The notes under the pieces: generated by a model
The model's database searches: none
What the model was told of the DNA's origin: nothing
Seen by the model: the letters and a program-made list of their open reading frames with translations, nothing else
Program-made: the position numbers and the translations under genes
Source of the DNA: Candidatus Moraniibacteriota bacterium
GTDB lineage: Bacteria > Patescibacteriota > Minisyncoccia > Moranbacterales > UBA1568
Length of the DNA: 64,000 nt
Assembly (NCBI GenBank): GCA_018499985.2
Contig: JAHBAT020000003.1
Location: 5,622 to 69,621, forward strand
Direction: 5' to 3'
Shown: positions 19,233 to 28,333 of the stretch, piece after piece
Numbering within the stretch: the first letter of the stretch is position 1
How the letters are laid out: every line of letters begins with the position of its first letter

Positions 19233-19304
19233 GCCTCCATAGCTCAATGGATAGAGCTGCTCCGTCCTAAGGAGAAAATCTGGGTTCGATTCCTGGTGGG
19301 GGCA
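19233..19304 (+). tRNA. tRNA-Arg(CCT)
   Basis: GCCTCCA/TGGGGGC acceptor; CTCC-GTCCTAA-GGAG; TTCGATT T-loop. Confidence 0.9.
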
Positions 19305-19375
19305 CACCAAACATCCCTTGGCATCTTGTACAAAAGGTGCTAGACTGCTTCGTTACTCTCTAGCATACAACTCCC

Positions 19376-19708
19376 ATGTCACTTCGTATTACCAAAGTCA
19401 ATGATCTCTTGCGAGATTTGATTTCTGAAGCCCTTGTATCAGAGGTTTCCTTTAAGCAGGGTGTTTTTGCGACTGTTACAAAGATTCGTACTTCCAAAGA
19501 TCTTCGTCAGGCCTTTTTTTCTGTCAGCATATTTCCTGAATCAGAGACTCACTATGTCGAAGAAACTCTTAAAAAAGAACTTTCCCAAATAGAGAAGTTT
19601 GTTCATGGTCGTCTCTATATGAAACCTCTTCCCCGTTTGAAATTTGAAGTAGACAGTACAGCACTTAATGCTGATGCTGTAGAAAAAATACTCTTCTCTC
19701 TTTCCTAA
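19376..19708 (+). CDS. rbfA: Ribosome-binding factor A
   Basis: RITKVNDLL...TVTKIRTSKDLRQA...P.L.FEVD. Confidence 0.88.
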   Translation: MSLRITKVNDLLRDLISEALVSEVSFKQGVFATVTKIRTSKDLRQAFFSVSIFPESETHYVEETLKKELSQIEKFVHGRLYMKPLPRLKFEVDSTALNADAVEKILFSLS

Positions 19709-19711
19709 GCT

Positions 19712-20671
19712 ATGCAGAAGTTTGATTCTCAGTTTAAAACGCTTGAGTACATTGTCGCTAAAGCTGAAAATATCCTCCTGGTAGCTCACACCCGGCCCGA
19801 TCCTGACACAGTCGGTTCAAACAGTGCTTTTCATGAGCACTTAGTTGCTCTGGGAAAAAACGTTACTATCGCTTGCTACGATGAATTTCCGCAAGTTCTC
19901 TTGCCACTTGGTGAAAAAAAATTTGTTCATCCAGAAACCCTGGACCTCAAACCTTTTGACGCTGTTTTTGCTCTAGACAGTGTTGACAGGGGATTCCATC
20001 TTTTTCGAGAGAAGCTTAGCGATGATCAAGTTGTTGTGCTCATGGACCATCATCCAGACATAGAACTTCTCGGGGATGTGGTCATTATTGATGCAGATTA
20101 CTCATCTACAAGTGAGCTCCTCTATCTTTATTTCAAGCAAACTGGAGCAAGAATCACCAAGCGTATGGCTACATACTTACTTGCGGGTCTCGTTTTTGAT
20201 ACCGGGGGATTTAAGCACTCTAAAGTGACTCCCGCAGTGATGGAAATGGCCTCTACTCTGATGCAAAAGGGCGCCCCTCTCGATAAAGTCTCTCAGATAA
20301 TTTTTGCTCATCGCAATATCGCTGCTCTTCGTCTATGGGGAAAGGCTATAGAAAAAGCTCGTCTTTATCCAGAAAATGGCATGCTTGTAACTGCTGTCAC
20401 CCAAGAAGAGATTCTCGAGTGCGAAGCTTCAGCTGAAGACATCTATCAAGTCACATCTATTCTCAGTACCGTCCCTGATGCCAAATTTGCCCTTGTGCTC
20501 TCTGAAAGAGACGCTTCTACTGTACGTGGTAGCTTACGCTCCATGGATCACCATGGAGTCGATGTTTCTCAAATTGCCCATGCCTTTGGTGGGGGAGGCC
20601 ACGTGCTTGCGAGTGGCTTTGAAATACCTGGTAAAATAGTTGATACTGGTGAAGGCTTCCTTATTATGTAA
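19712..20671 (+). CDS. nrnA: DHH/DHHA1 phosphoesterase (NrnA-like oligoribonuclease)
   Basis: HTRPDPD, MDHH, DTGGF, GSLRS, FGGGGH.LASG. Confidence 0.88.
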   Translation: MQKFDSQFKTLEYIVAKAENILLVAHTRPDPDTVGSNSAFHEHLVALGKNVTIACYDEFPQVLLPLGEKKFVHPETLDLKPFDAVFALDSVDRGFHLFREKLSDDQVVVLMDHHPDIELLGDVVIIDADYSSTSELLYLYFKQTGARITKRMATYLLAGLVFDTGGFKHSKVTPAVMEMASTLMQKGAPLDKVSQIIFAHRNIAALRLWGKAIEKARLYPENGMLVTAVTQEEILECEASAEDIYQVTSILSTVPDAKFALVLSERDASTVRGSLRSMDHHGVDVSQIAHAFGGGGHVLASGFEIPGKIVDTGEGFLIM

Positions 20672-20676
20672 TCGCT

Positions 20677-21243
20677 ATGCAACAAGAAAAACTTGCTGCT
20701 CTTCATAAAAAATTTGATCAAATAAATACCTCTGGCCTCAAAAAAACAGCCACTCAGGCTGTTTTTGGTCATGGCAATGCTTTGTCTGATATTATTTTCA
20801 TCGGAGAAGCTCCTGGTAAAAGTGAGGATATTTCCGGCAAACCTTTTGTAGGAGCCTCTGGAAAGTTTCTTGATGAAATGCTTACAAGCATCAAACTTTC
20901 ACGAGAGGATGTGTATATTACCAATATCGTGAAATACCGTCCTCCTGAAAACAGAGACCCCTCCAAAGATGAAATAGCCGCTTGCAAAGCCTGGCTTCAT
21001 GCTGAGCTACAATTAATCCAGCCAAAACTCGTCATCACTCTCGGACGCTATGCTCTCAATCACTTTATTCCAGATGTCAAAATAGGGGAAGTTCATGGAA
21101 AATCTTTTACAAAAAATATTCCTGGTCTTGGAGAACAAACTTTTTTTGCCCTCTATCACCCAGCAGCCGCACTCTACAATGGCAATATGCGAGAAACTTT
21201 ACTCAAAGATTTCAAAAAAATAACAAGACTTCTGAAAAAATAA
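20677..21243 (+). CDS. Uracil-DNA glycosylase, family 4
   Basis: FIGEAPG, PFVG.SG, YITNIVKYRPPENRDP, YHPAA. Confidence 0.93.
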   Translation: MQQEKLAALHKKFDQINTSGLKKTATQAVFGHGNALSDIIFIGEAPGKSEDISGKPFVGASGKFLDEMLTSIKLSREDVYITNIVKYRPPENRDPSKDEIAACKAWLHAELQLIQPKLVITLGRYALNHFIPDVKIGEVHGKSFTKNIPGLGEQTFFALYHPAAALYNGNMRETLLKDFKKITRLLKK

Positions 21244-21276
21244 CAAAACTCCCTCTTTATCTAGGGAGTTTCTTTG

Positions 21277-21357
21277 TACCGAGGGTGGGACTCGAACCCA
21301 CACGGCTTGCGCCTGGGGATTTTAAGTCCCCTATGTCTACCATTCCATCACCCCGGC
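21277..21357 (-). tRNA. tRNA-Leu(TAA)
   Basis: GGGGA-CTTAAAA-TCCCC anticodon arm with a long variable arm. Confidence 0.95.
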
Positions 21358-21382
21358 ATATTTCTATTATACATCTTTACTG

Positions 21383-21453
21383 AGGTCGCGTCCGGACTTG
21401 AACCGGAGTAAAGGGTTTTGCAGACCCGTGCCTAACCGCTCGGCCACGCGACC
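21383..21453 (-). tRNA. tRNA-Cys(GCA)
   Basis: GGTCGCG/CGCGACC acceptor, U73, GGGT-CTGCAAA-ACCC. Confidence 0.95.
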
Positions 21454-21466
21454 ATCTAACGCTGTT

Positions 21467-21543
21467 ATTTTGCAGATTTACCAGCCTCTGGCTGGCCTCT
21501 GCCACCGCCAGAGGCGGTCAAGTAACCACTCGGCCATCGGACC
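21467..21543 (-). pseudogene. Degenerate 5' part of a second tRNA-Cys interrupted by two short hairpins
   Basis: GGTCCGATGGCCGAGTGGTTA...[ACCGCCTCTGGCGGT][CCAGCCAGAGGCTGG]...ATCTGCAAAA; no T-arm. Confidence 0.6.
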
Positions 21544-21635
21544 AAACTTCACTATCACTTAAAAAGGGTACCAAATAGGGGGGTGCGAGTCAATAAACAA
21601 AACTCCACTCAAGATAGAGTGGAGTTCTTTTTTTA

Positions 21636-22184
21636 TTATTGTATTACCTTAGCACTCAGATTCTGACGTCCAAAAGCAAAGGCCTGACTTTTTGTTTTTA
21701 CATAAATATCAAAGTGATTACCCTTGATAGCTCCACCACGGTCCTCACAACGATACTCTCCCATTCCTTCGATACTAATCTTGGTACCAAAAGGAAATTC
21801 TCTCGGACAAGCAAGGGTACGCTTTTCGGTCACCATAAGACCTGAAGCGGTCATCCCATCGCTTTTACCACATTCATCAGCCGCTGCAGTATAAGCAGAA
21901 GCATTGATAGTAAAAGATTCGGTAGGAAGACTTGCCCAAAGGCTTGCCTGCTTAGTTTTCCATTTGAGAAGGATCTTATCTTCAATTGATAGCTCTTTTT
22001 GTTCAATCTGAGTATCAATTTGTTTATTCTTGAGGCTCCACTCGAGAAGATATGGGTCCTGAGAATAGTTATAACTCTGTATAAGTGGTAATTCTACGTT
22101 TTCAGCAGCCACTGTACCGATATTGGTAACAAATAGGCCGATTCCGAGTACTGCTACGAAAAGAAGCTCTTTTCGATAAGACAT
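21636..22184 (-). CDS. 3D-domain cell-wall protein (MltA/Sps-like) with a signal peptide
   Basis: NASAYT, TASG, LACP..FPFGTKI, EDRGGAIKGNHFDIY. Confidence 0.9.
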   Translation of the reverse strand: MSYRKELLFVAVLGIGLFVTNIGTVAAENVELPLIQSYNYSQDPYLLEWSLKNKQIDTQIEQKELSIEDKILLKWKTKQASLWASLPTESFTINASAYTAAADECGKSDGMTASGLMVTEKRTLACPREFPFGTKISIEGMGEYRCEDRGGAIKGNHFDIYVKTKSQAFAFGRQNLSAKVIQ

Positions 22185-22360
22185 AAATTGCTCTTACTGG
22201 TAATCCGCACATCCCTTGGGACTGACGGGCTGAGTAGGTCTGTACTTATCTCAACCCGGTATACTAGCATATTTCACAATTTTTGTCAATAGAAAATAGG
22301 GAATAATTAGCTTATATAAAGCAAAAAGTACCTTATAAAAAGGTACTTTTTAGTGCTTTT

Positions 22361-22580
22361 GAGCGGATAAGGGGACGAACTGCTCCCATTCGACAAGCTC
22401 ATGGTCCGCTCTATAGGGTTTCCACCCTCTAGCCCCTTTGGATTACCCCAATCTGGGAAACAAGTGTTTTTCCTGTCTCGCTCTGGCTTGCCAAGGCGGG
22501 CCGACCCTTTTCCCGTTCGATTCCCTCTACTTACCCAGAAAAAGCAAAAGACCCGGAGAATTCCGAGTCTTTTGGTTTAT
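22361..22580. repeat. tRNA-Gly-derived repeat region with a REP-like hairpin
   Basis: Direct copy of the tRNA 3' end at 22361-22380, CCAT-TCGACAAGCTC-ATGG hairpin, inverted anticodon and T-arm fragments, terminator hairpin near 22546-22572. Confidence 0.6.
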
Positions 22581-22583
22581 GTG

Positions 22584-22655
22584 AGCGGATAAGGGGAATC
22601 GAACCCCTATCTCATCCTTGGCAAGGACGTGTAATAACCATTATACGATATCCGC
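22584..22655 (-). tRNA. tRNA-Gly(GCC)
   Basis: GCGGATA/TATCCGC acceptor, U73, TCC-TTGCCAA-GGA. Confidence 0.95.
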
Positions 22656-22728
22656 TTATCTCTCTTTTCTAAATAACGACTTTCCTAGAATAAATATTTC
22701 TGTTTTACCTGTCAATCTAGCCTTATTG

Positions 22729-22802
22729 TGGGACTGGCTGGACTTGAACCAGCGACCAAGCGGTTATGAGCCGCCTGCTCTAACCAACTGAGCTACAGTC
22801 CC
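22729..22802 (-). tRNA. tRNA with CAT anticodon, probably tRNA-Ile2 (TilS substrate)
   Basis: GGGACTG/CAGTCCC acceptor, GGCGG-CTCATAA-CCGCT; no initiator C1 mismatch; Ile2 versus elongator Met is inference. Confidence 0.85.
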
Positions 22803-22872
22803 TAATTTTTGCTTATAAACAGTGTATAACTTTCTATAAGCACACTTATACAGCCTTTATCCACCTCTACTG

Positions 22873-22944
<72 letters not shown>

Positions 22945-22962
22945 TGAACTATCACACTTCTG

Positions 22963-23036
22963 TGCACGCTCAAGGACTCGAACCTTGGACCCCCTCGGTG
23001 TAAACGAGGTGCTCTAACCAACTGAGCTAAGCGTGC
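22963..23036 (-). tRNA. tRNA-Val(TAC)
   Basis: GCACGCT/AGCGTGC acceptor, CCTCG-TTTACAC-CGAGG. Confidence 0.95.
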
Positions 23037-23054
23037 TTATTGTATTCAATTGTG

Positions 23055-23138
23055 TGCCCAAGAGAGGACTTGAACCTCCACTCCCTTGCGAGAACATGCA
23101 CCTCAAGCATGCGCGTATACCAATTCCGCCACCTGGGC
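23055..23138 (-). tRNA. tRNA-Leu(GAG)
   Basis: GCCCAGG/CTTGGGC acceptor, CATGC-TTGAGGT-GCATG, long variable arm. Confidence 0.95.
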
Positions 23139-23172
23139 CTACGAGAAGAGAGGGGCTCTTCTCATGCAAAAC

Positions 23173-23622
23173 CTATTCTACTATTTTTTCCTCTTCGTTG
23201 GCAACTACTGGAGCTTCTGGAGCCACTTCAGCTACTACTGGCTTTGGCTTACGAGAGTCCTTAAGAGCTACCTCCTTCAACTTACGACTCAGTACCTTCA
23301 CTGACTTATCACGCACGAAGTACAACTTAGCACGACGGGCAGTGGTACGCTTCACAAACTCAATTTTCTCAATCTGAGGCGAGTTTAAAGGGAGAACAAG
23401 CTCTACGCCAACACCAAAAGAAACCTTACGGACCGTAATGGTACGAGAAGCACTCTGGCCACCACGAAGGGCAATTACCATACCCTGAAACATCTGGGTA
23501 CGCTCTTTAGCACCTTCTTTGATTTTACGGTAAACCTTGATCACATCACCAGCCTGAAGCTCTGGGAGCTCAGCAAAGGTGCGACGCTGTTTTTTGTTGA
23601 ATTCGACAAGTTTCTGATTCAT
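23173..23622 (-). CDS. rplS: 50S ribosomal protein L19
   Basis: GDVIKV..KIKEGAKERTQ.FQG, TVRKVSFGVGVE, RRAKLYFVR. Confidence 0.97.
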   Translation of the reverse strand: MNQKLVEFNKKQRRTFAELPELQAGDVIKVYRKIKEGAKERTQMFQGMVIALRGGQSASRTITVRKVSFGVGVELVLPLNSPQIEKIEFVKRTTARRAKLYFVRDKSVKVLSRKLKEVALKDSRKPKPVVAEVAPEAPVVANEEEKIVE

Positions 23623-23740
23623 AGTGTTAGGTATAACTGGGATTTTATAGAGAAAAGGCTTTATTACTGCGTATTAAACAGAAAATATCAGGTCTAAACC
23701 TGATATTACTCCCGCAAATTTGCCGATAAAGAGATGAACC

Positions 23741-24787
23741 TTATGCGACACCTTTGTTTGGTAATAGGCCTTCTAAAGCCTCATAATCATAGCCACTTTC
23801 CGCGAATCCGTCAAGGCTTTTTAGGGCTTCTACAAAATCTTCCGGCAAGTGTGCTTGAAAAAGATATTTTGTACCAAAAAGATCAAAATCCAGTCGAGAA
23901 GCATGGAGCATCTGTCTCTTAATATGAGGATAATCTAAATGGATCTTCTTTGTTCCATAAAGCTGGTCTCCTAAGATAGGGTGACCCAAAGCCTTAAGAT
24001 GAACGCGAATCTGGTGCATACGGCCGGTTTTTGGGTGAAGACTTACCAGAGAAGACTCTTTAAATCTCACTACCTCTTGGTATTCGGTCAGAGCATCTTT
24101 TACGAGAGGGTTTTCTTCGTCATCGTCTTTTTTCTTCACAGGCACTCTTTTGAGGCTATTTTTAGAACGTTTCAAAGAAAAATTGATTGCCCCTGAAGAC
24201 TCTCTCAGATGACCTTCTACCAAGGCTAAGTACTCTTTTTGAATCATCCTTTCCGTAAAGAGGTACTTGAGTTCATCGTATGCGTCATTGGCTCGCGCTA
24301 CCAATACGATGCCCGAGGTATCCTTATCGAGCCTATGGACAATACCTGGACGAGTCTCATCCTCTCCCACATCACGCAAATAAGGATATTTCTGGAGAAG
24401 GTAGTCAGCGAAGGTGTATTCCGTCTCTCGGACACCGCCACCTCCATGCATAGCCAGACCAGCTGGTTTATTGAAAACAAAGAAATACTCATTCTCAAAA
24501 AGAATTTCCGGTAGGGCTGTTTTGCAGACTTTTCTTTCACTCTTCTTTTTTATGGGCTCTGGCAAAAAGGTGAGGATATTGCCGGCACTTAATCTTCGAG
24601 AAGCCTCTACTGGCTGACCATCAAAAAGCACCAGCTTTTGATCAAAAAGATTGAGGAGTTTCTGACGACTTGGATAGACCTCGGCACCTTCCTTCTTACC
24701 CTTTAGGGCGAGCGCCTTTCTCACTATTATGTCTGCGCGCTCTCCTGAGAGTATTTTAGGTACGCGATAGGTATTTTTTGGGGCCAT
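23741..24787 (-). CDS. RluA/RluD family pseudouridine synthase
   Basis: NKPAGL, GIVHRLDKDTSG, TGRMHQIRVH, GHPILGDQLYG; start trimmed to ATG 24787. Confidence 0.93.
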   Translation of the reverse strand: MAPKNTYRVPKILSGERADIIVRKALALKGKKEGAEVYPSRQKLLNLFDQKLVLFDGQPVEASRRLSAGNILTFLPEPIKKKSERKVCKTALPEILFENEYFFVFNKPAGLAMHGGGGVRETEYTFADYLLQKYPYLRDVGEDETRPGIVHRLDKDTSGIVLVARANDAYDELKYLFTERMIQKEYLALVEGHLRESSGAINFSLKRSKNSLKRVPVKKKDDDEENPLVKDALTEYQEVVRFKESSLVSLHPKTGRMHQIRVHLKALGHPILGDQLYGTKKIHLDYPHIKRQMLHASRLDFDLFGTKYLFQAHLPEDFVEALKSLDGFAESGYDYEALEGLLPNKGVA

Positions 24788-24906
24788 GCTTTTATAGGGG
24801 CTCAAAAGAGTTTATTGGTATCTTTCACTTGTGTCACGTTTTCAGGTTTTACGCAAGTTTTTTGGAGGAGAAAAAATTTCTTCTTGTGTAGTCATCTATC
24901 AAAAAT

Positions 24907-24922
24907 ACACTATATATTGTTG
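24907..24922. promoter_or_regulatory. NrdR-box-like operator upstream of sod-nrdA-nrdB
   Basis: ACACTATATATTGTTG fits the consensus acaCwAtATaTwGtg; promoter TTGACA-17-TATTAT at 24979-25007. Confidence 0.65.
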
Positions 24923-25073
24923 TTTTTAATAAAAATTACCAAAAAATAGCTCTAAATTATCTTTTAAATAGGCGTTAGTTGACACACTTTTTTTTGACTC
25001 GTATTATGGAAAAACGGTCTCTTTTTTGGGAGGAAATAGATGCCAAAAATTACCCATAAAATCATACAAAAAT

Positions 25074-25664
25074 ATGTTTGAGTATCCTGTACAAAATTTT
25101 GAGCATCTTCTCGGCCTCCCAGGCATGAGTGACGCCCTTTTGACCAATCATTTTGCACTCTACCAGGGGTATGTGGCCAATACCAATACCCTCCGCAAGC
25201 TCTTGAGCGAAGCTGAGGCTGGCACACCGGCTTTTAATGAGCTTACTCGTCGCTTTGGTTGGGAATGGAATGGCATGCGCCTTCACGAGCTCTACTTTGC
25301 AAATCTTAGTAAAGTTGCCACTACCCTCAGTGAAGGAGCCCTCAAGGAAAAAATTGTCGCTCAGTTTGGTAGCGTAGAAAACTGGCAAAAGGCCTTTCTT
25401 GCTACTGGTGCTATGCGCGGTATTGGATGGGTAATTCTCTGTCTCGATGATGCTAGCGGTGAACTTATGAATGTCTGGATCAATGAACACGATCTTGGTC
25501 ACCTTGCTGGCACTACTCCTCTTGTAGTTATGGATGTTTTTGAACACGCGTTTATGCTCGACTACGGTATCAAACGTGCAGACTACCTAAATGTCTTTAT
25601 GAATGCTCTTAACTGGCCAGTCGCAGAACAACGCTTTCTAGACAGTCAAAACAGAAACGCTTAA
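25074..25664 (+). CDS. Fe/Mn superoxide dismutase family protein
   Basis: NHFALYQGYV, LHELYF, GIGW, DVFEHAFMLDYG; start trimmed to ATG 25074. Confidence 0.9.
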   Translation: MFEYPVQNFEHLLGLPGMSDALLTNHFALYQGYVANTNTLRKLLSEAEAGTPAFNELTRRFGWEWNGMRLHELYFANLSKVATTLSEGALKEKIVAQFGSVENWQKAFLATGAMRGIGWVILCLDDASGELMNVWINEHDLGHLAGTTPLVVMDVFEHAFMLDYGIKRADYLNVFMNALNWPVAEQRFLDSQNRNA

Positions 25665-25703
25665 TTACTAATTCTCTGCCACACCGGCTTCAAAACTAAA
25701 ACT

Positions 25704-28319
25704 ATGGCTATCGAAAAAATTCTTCGTCGTGATGGTGAAATTATGCCTTTTAACAGGGCTCGCATTGAGCATGCTATCACCCTTGCTTGTGATGCTATCG
25801 GAGAAACTGACAAGGCTTTCATACCTGAACTAACCGATCAAATTATTGCTGACCTTGAGCACGTCTACGGTGAAATTTTTGTCAATCGCACACCGAGTGT
25901 AGAAGATGTCCAAGATATCGTAGAGCAAAACCTGGTTAAGACAAACCGCTTTGAACTTGCTAAGTCTTATATTATCTATCGTCAAGAGCGCAAAAAAGAA
26001 CGCGAAGAGAAAATAGAGAAACTGGTAGATGAATTTGAAAAAAATACCCTTCAGGTAACTAAGGCTGACGGCTCTAAAGAGCGCTTTGATATCAAAAAGC
26101 TTCGAGCAGTCTTCAATCGTGCTTCTAAAGAGTACGAAGAAGAGTGTCGCTTTGAAGATCTCATGGAAGCCTTTAAGAAGAATCTTATCGAAGAAATCAA
26201 GACTTCTGATCTTGAAAAATTGCTTGTCAAAACCTGTATTGATCTTGTCACTGTAGAAAATATTGCCTGGCAAAATATTGCTGCTCGCATTCTCCTTGGC
26301 GGTCTCTACAAGCAAGCCATCAAGAATCGCAATCTCAAGCAAGAAGACGTCTACTCTCCGAGCTCTTACAAAGCTCTCTTTGATGAGTATATTGAGCAAG
26401 GTCTTTACTACAAAGACTTCTACACCTACTACACACCTGAAGATATTCTCGAAGCAGGAAAACATCTCTCTAAGAGCACTGACGAGAGCTACGAATACAC
26501 CACTATTGTTTCTTTGATTAAGCGATATCTCCTCAACCCTAACAAGGTAACCAAAGAGCTTCCTCAAGAAATGTATATGTCTATCGCGCTCTTTTTGGCT
26601 ATTCCAGAGACCAAGGAGACTCGGCTAGCGACTGCTCTCAAGATTTACAAACACTGTTCAGAGCAACGCATTTCCTTGCCAACACCAACACTCCTAAACT
26701 CTCGCACCAACTATCATCAGCTTTCTAGCTGCTTCAAGATTAACGTAGATGATGATTTGCGCGGTATCTATCATGCCGTGGAAAATATGGCTCAGATTTC
26801 TAAGTTTGGCGGTGGAGTAGGCGTCTACCTTGGCAATATCCGTGCTCGTGGCAGCATGATACGCGGTGTACGTGGCATGTCTGGCGGAGTCAATCCTTGG
26901 GTAAAAGTCATCAATGATACTGCTGTAGCAGTCAATCAGCTTGGTGCTCGACTTGGAGCTATCTCTATTACTCTCGACTTTTGGCACCTCGACATCTATG
27001 ACTTCCTTGATCTTCAGACTGAGACAGGGGATATTCGCGCTAAGGCCTTTGATGTTTTCCCAGCTGTTTCTATCCCAGATCTTTTTATGAAACGCTTAGA
27101 AGAAGATGGTGATTGGACCCTCTTTGATCCGTATGAAATCAACCATGTTTATGGCAAGAAGCTTCAGGATCATTTCAATGCGGACTTTGAGACACTCTAT
27201 CTTGAGCTCGAAAAGGATGAGCGCATGACTATGAAGAAAACAGTGAAGGCCAAAGAGCTTTTCAAAAAGTTCTTGAAGACTACTGTAGAAACCGGTATGC
27301 CTTATGTTTTCTACCGCGATACTGTCAATCGTCTCAATCCAAATAAGCATGCTGGTAATATCTACTCTACACAGCTTTGTACAGAGATTTGTCAGAATAC
27401 CTCTTCTTCCAAATTCGTAGAAGAAACTATTGAAGATGGTAAGATTCTTATCAAGTATGAACCAGGTGATCTCGTCGTGTGTAACCTCGCCTCTATTAAT
27501 ATCGCTGCTGTAAACGACGAACCTACCATCAAAGATGTTTTCCCAACACTGCTTCGTGTTCTTGATAACGTCATCACCCTAAACTACTACCCGATTAAAG
27601 AAGCTGAGCGCACGGCTATGCGTTATCGTAGCATCGGTATTGGCTATCTTGGGCTGGCTGAATATCTCGCGGTCAACAAAATCGCCTATGATACCGAGGC
27701 AGCTCGTACAGAAGTTGATCGTCTCTTTGAGCGCTATGCCTTCCATACATACCGAGCCTCTGTAGACCTAGCTAAAGAGCGTGGTCACTACGAGCTCTTC
27801 CCGGGCAGCGAATATTCACAGGGCATTATCCTTGGACGCACAGAAGATTGGTATACCTCAAACACCTCTTTTGGAGCTGACTGGAGTAAACTCTTTGCTG
27901 ATATGAAGACCCATGGTACTCGCTTTGGCTATCACACTGCGCCAGCACCAAACACTTCGACTGCTGGTGTCGTAGGCACCACTGCTGCGCTTCTTCCTAT
28001 CTACAAACGCTACTTCGTAGAAACTAATCTTTCAGCTCCTACACTCCGCGTTGCTCCAAAGCTCTCTAAAGAGAACTTTTGGTTCTACAAAGAGTACATC
28101 CACATGGATATGAACGATGTTATTAGCCTTATCGGGGTAGTCTACAAGTGGGTTGATCAGTCTATCAGTTTTGAATGGATGATTGATCCTTCAAAAGTTA
28201 GTCCAGCCCAACTCTACCAGTACTACGTAAAAGCCTGGGGGGATGGCATCAAGACGGTCTACTATGTCCGTAGCTTGTCAGGAGAAATCAAAGAAGACTG
28301 CGTTAGCTGTAGTGGTTAA
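25704..28319 (+). CDS. nrdA: Class I ribonucleotide reductase alpha subunit with two ATP-cone domains
   Basis: PTPTLLN, QLSSCF, GGGVG, STQLCTEI, VCNLASIN, VYYVRS, C-terminal CVSCSG. Confidence 0.96.
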   Translation: MAIEKILRRDGEIMPFNRARIEHAITLACDAIGETDKAFIPELTDQIIADLEHVYGEIFVNRTPSVEDVQDIVEQNLVKTNRFELAKSYIIYRQERKKEREEKIEKLVDEFEKNTLQVTKADGSKERFDIKKLRAVFNRASKEYEEECRFEDLMEAFKKNLIEEIKTSDLEKLLVKTCIDLVTVENIAWQNIAARILLGGLYKQAIKNRNLKQEDVYSPSSYKALFDEYIEQGLYYKDFYTYYTPEDILEAGKHLSKSTDESYEYTTIVSLIKRYLLNPNKVTKELPQEMYMSIALFLAIPETKETRLATALKIYKHCSEQRISLPTPTLLNSRTNYHQLSSCFKINVDDDLRGIYHAVENMAQISKFGGGVGVYLGNIRARGSMIRGVRGMSGGVNPWVKVINDTAVAVNQLGARLGAISITLDFWHLDIYDFLDLQTETGDIRAKAFDVFPAVSIPDLFMKRLEEDGDWTLFDPYEINHVYGKKLQDHFNADFETLYLELEKDERMTMKKTVKAKELFKKFLKTTVETGMPYVFYRDTVNRLNPNKHAGNIYSTQLCTEICQNTSSSKFVEETIEDGKILIKYEPGDLVVCNLASINIAAVNDEPTIKDVFPTLLRVLDNVITLNYYPIKEAERTAMRYRSIGIGYLGLAEYLAVNKIAYDTEAARTEVDRLFERYAFHTYRASVDLAKERGHYELFPGSEYSQGIILGRTEDWYTSNTSFGADWSKLFADMKTHGTRFGYHTAPAPNTSTAGVVGTTAALLPIYKRYFVETNLSAPTLRVAPKLSKENFWFYKEYIHMDMNDVISLIGVVYKWVDQSISFEWMIDPSKVSPAQLYQYYVKAWGDGIKTVYYVRSLSGEIKEDCVSCSG

Positions 28320-28333
28320 AAAAATACAAACTT

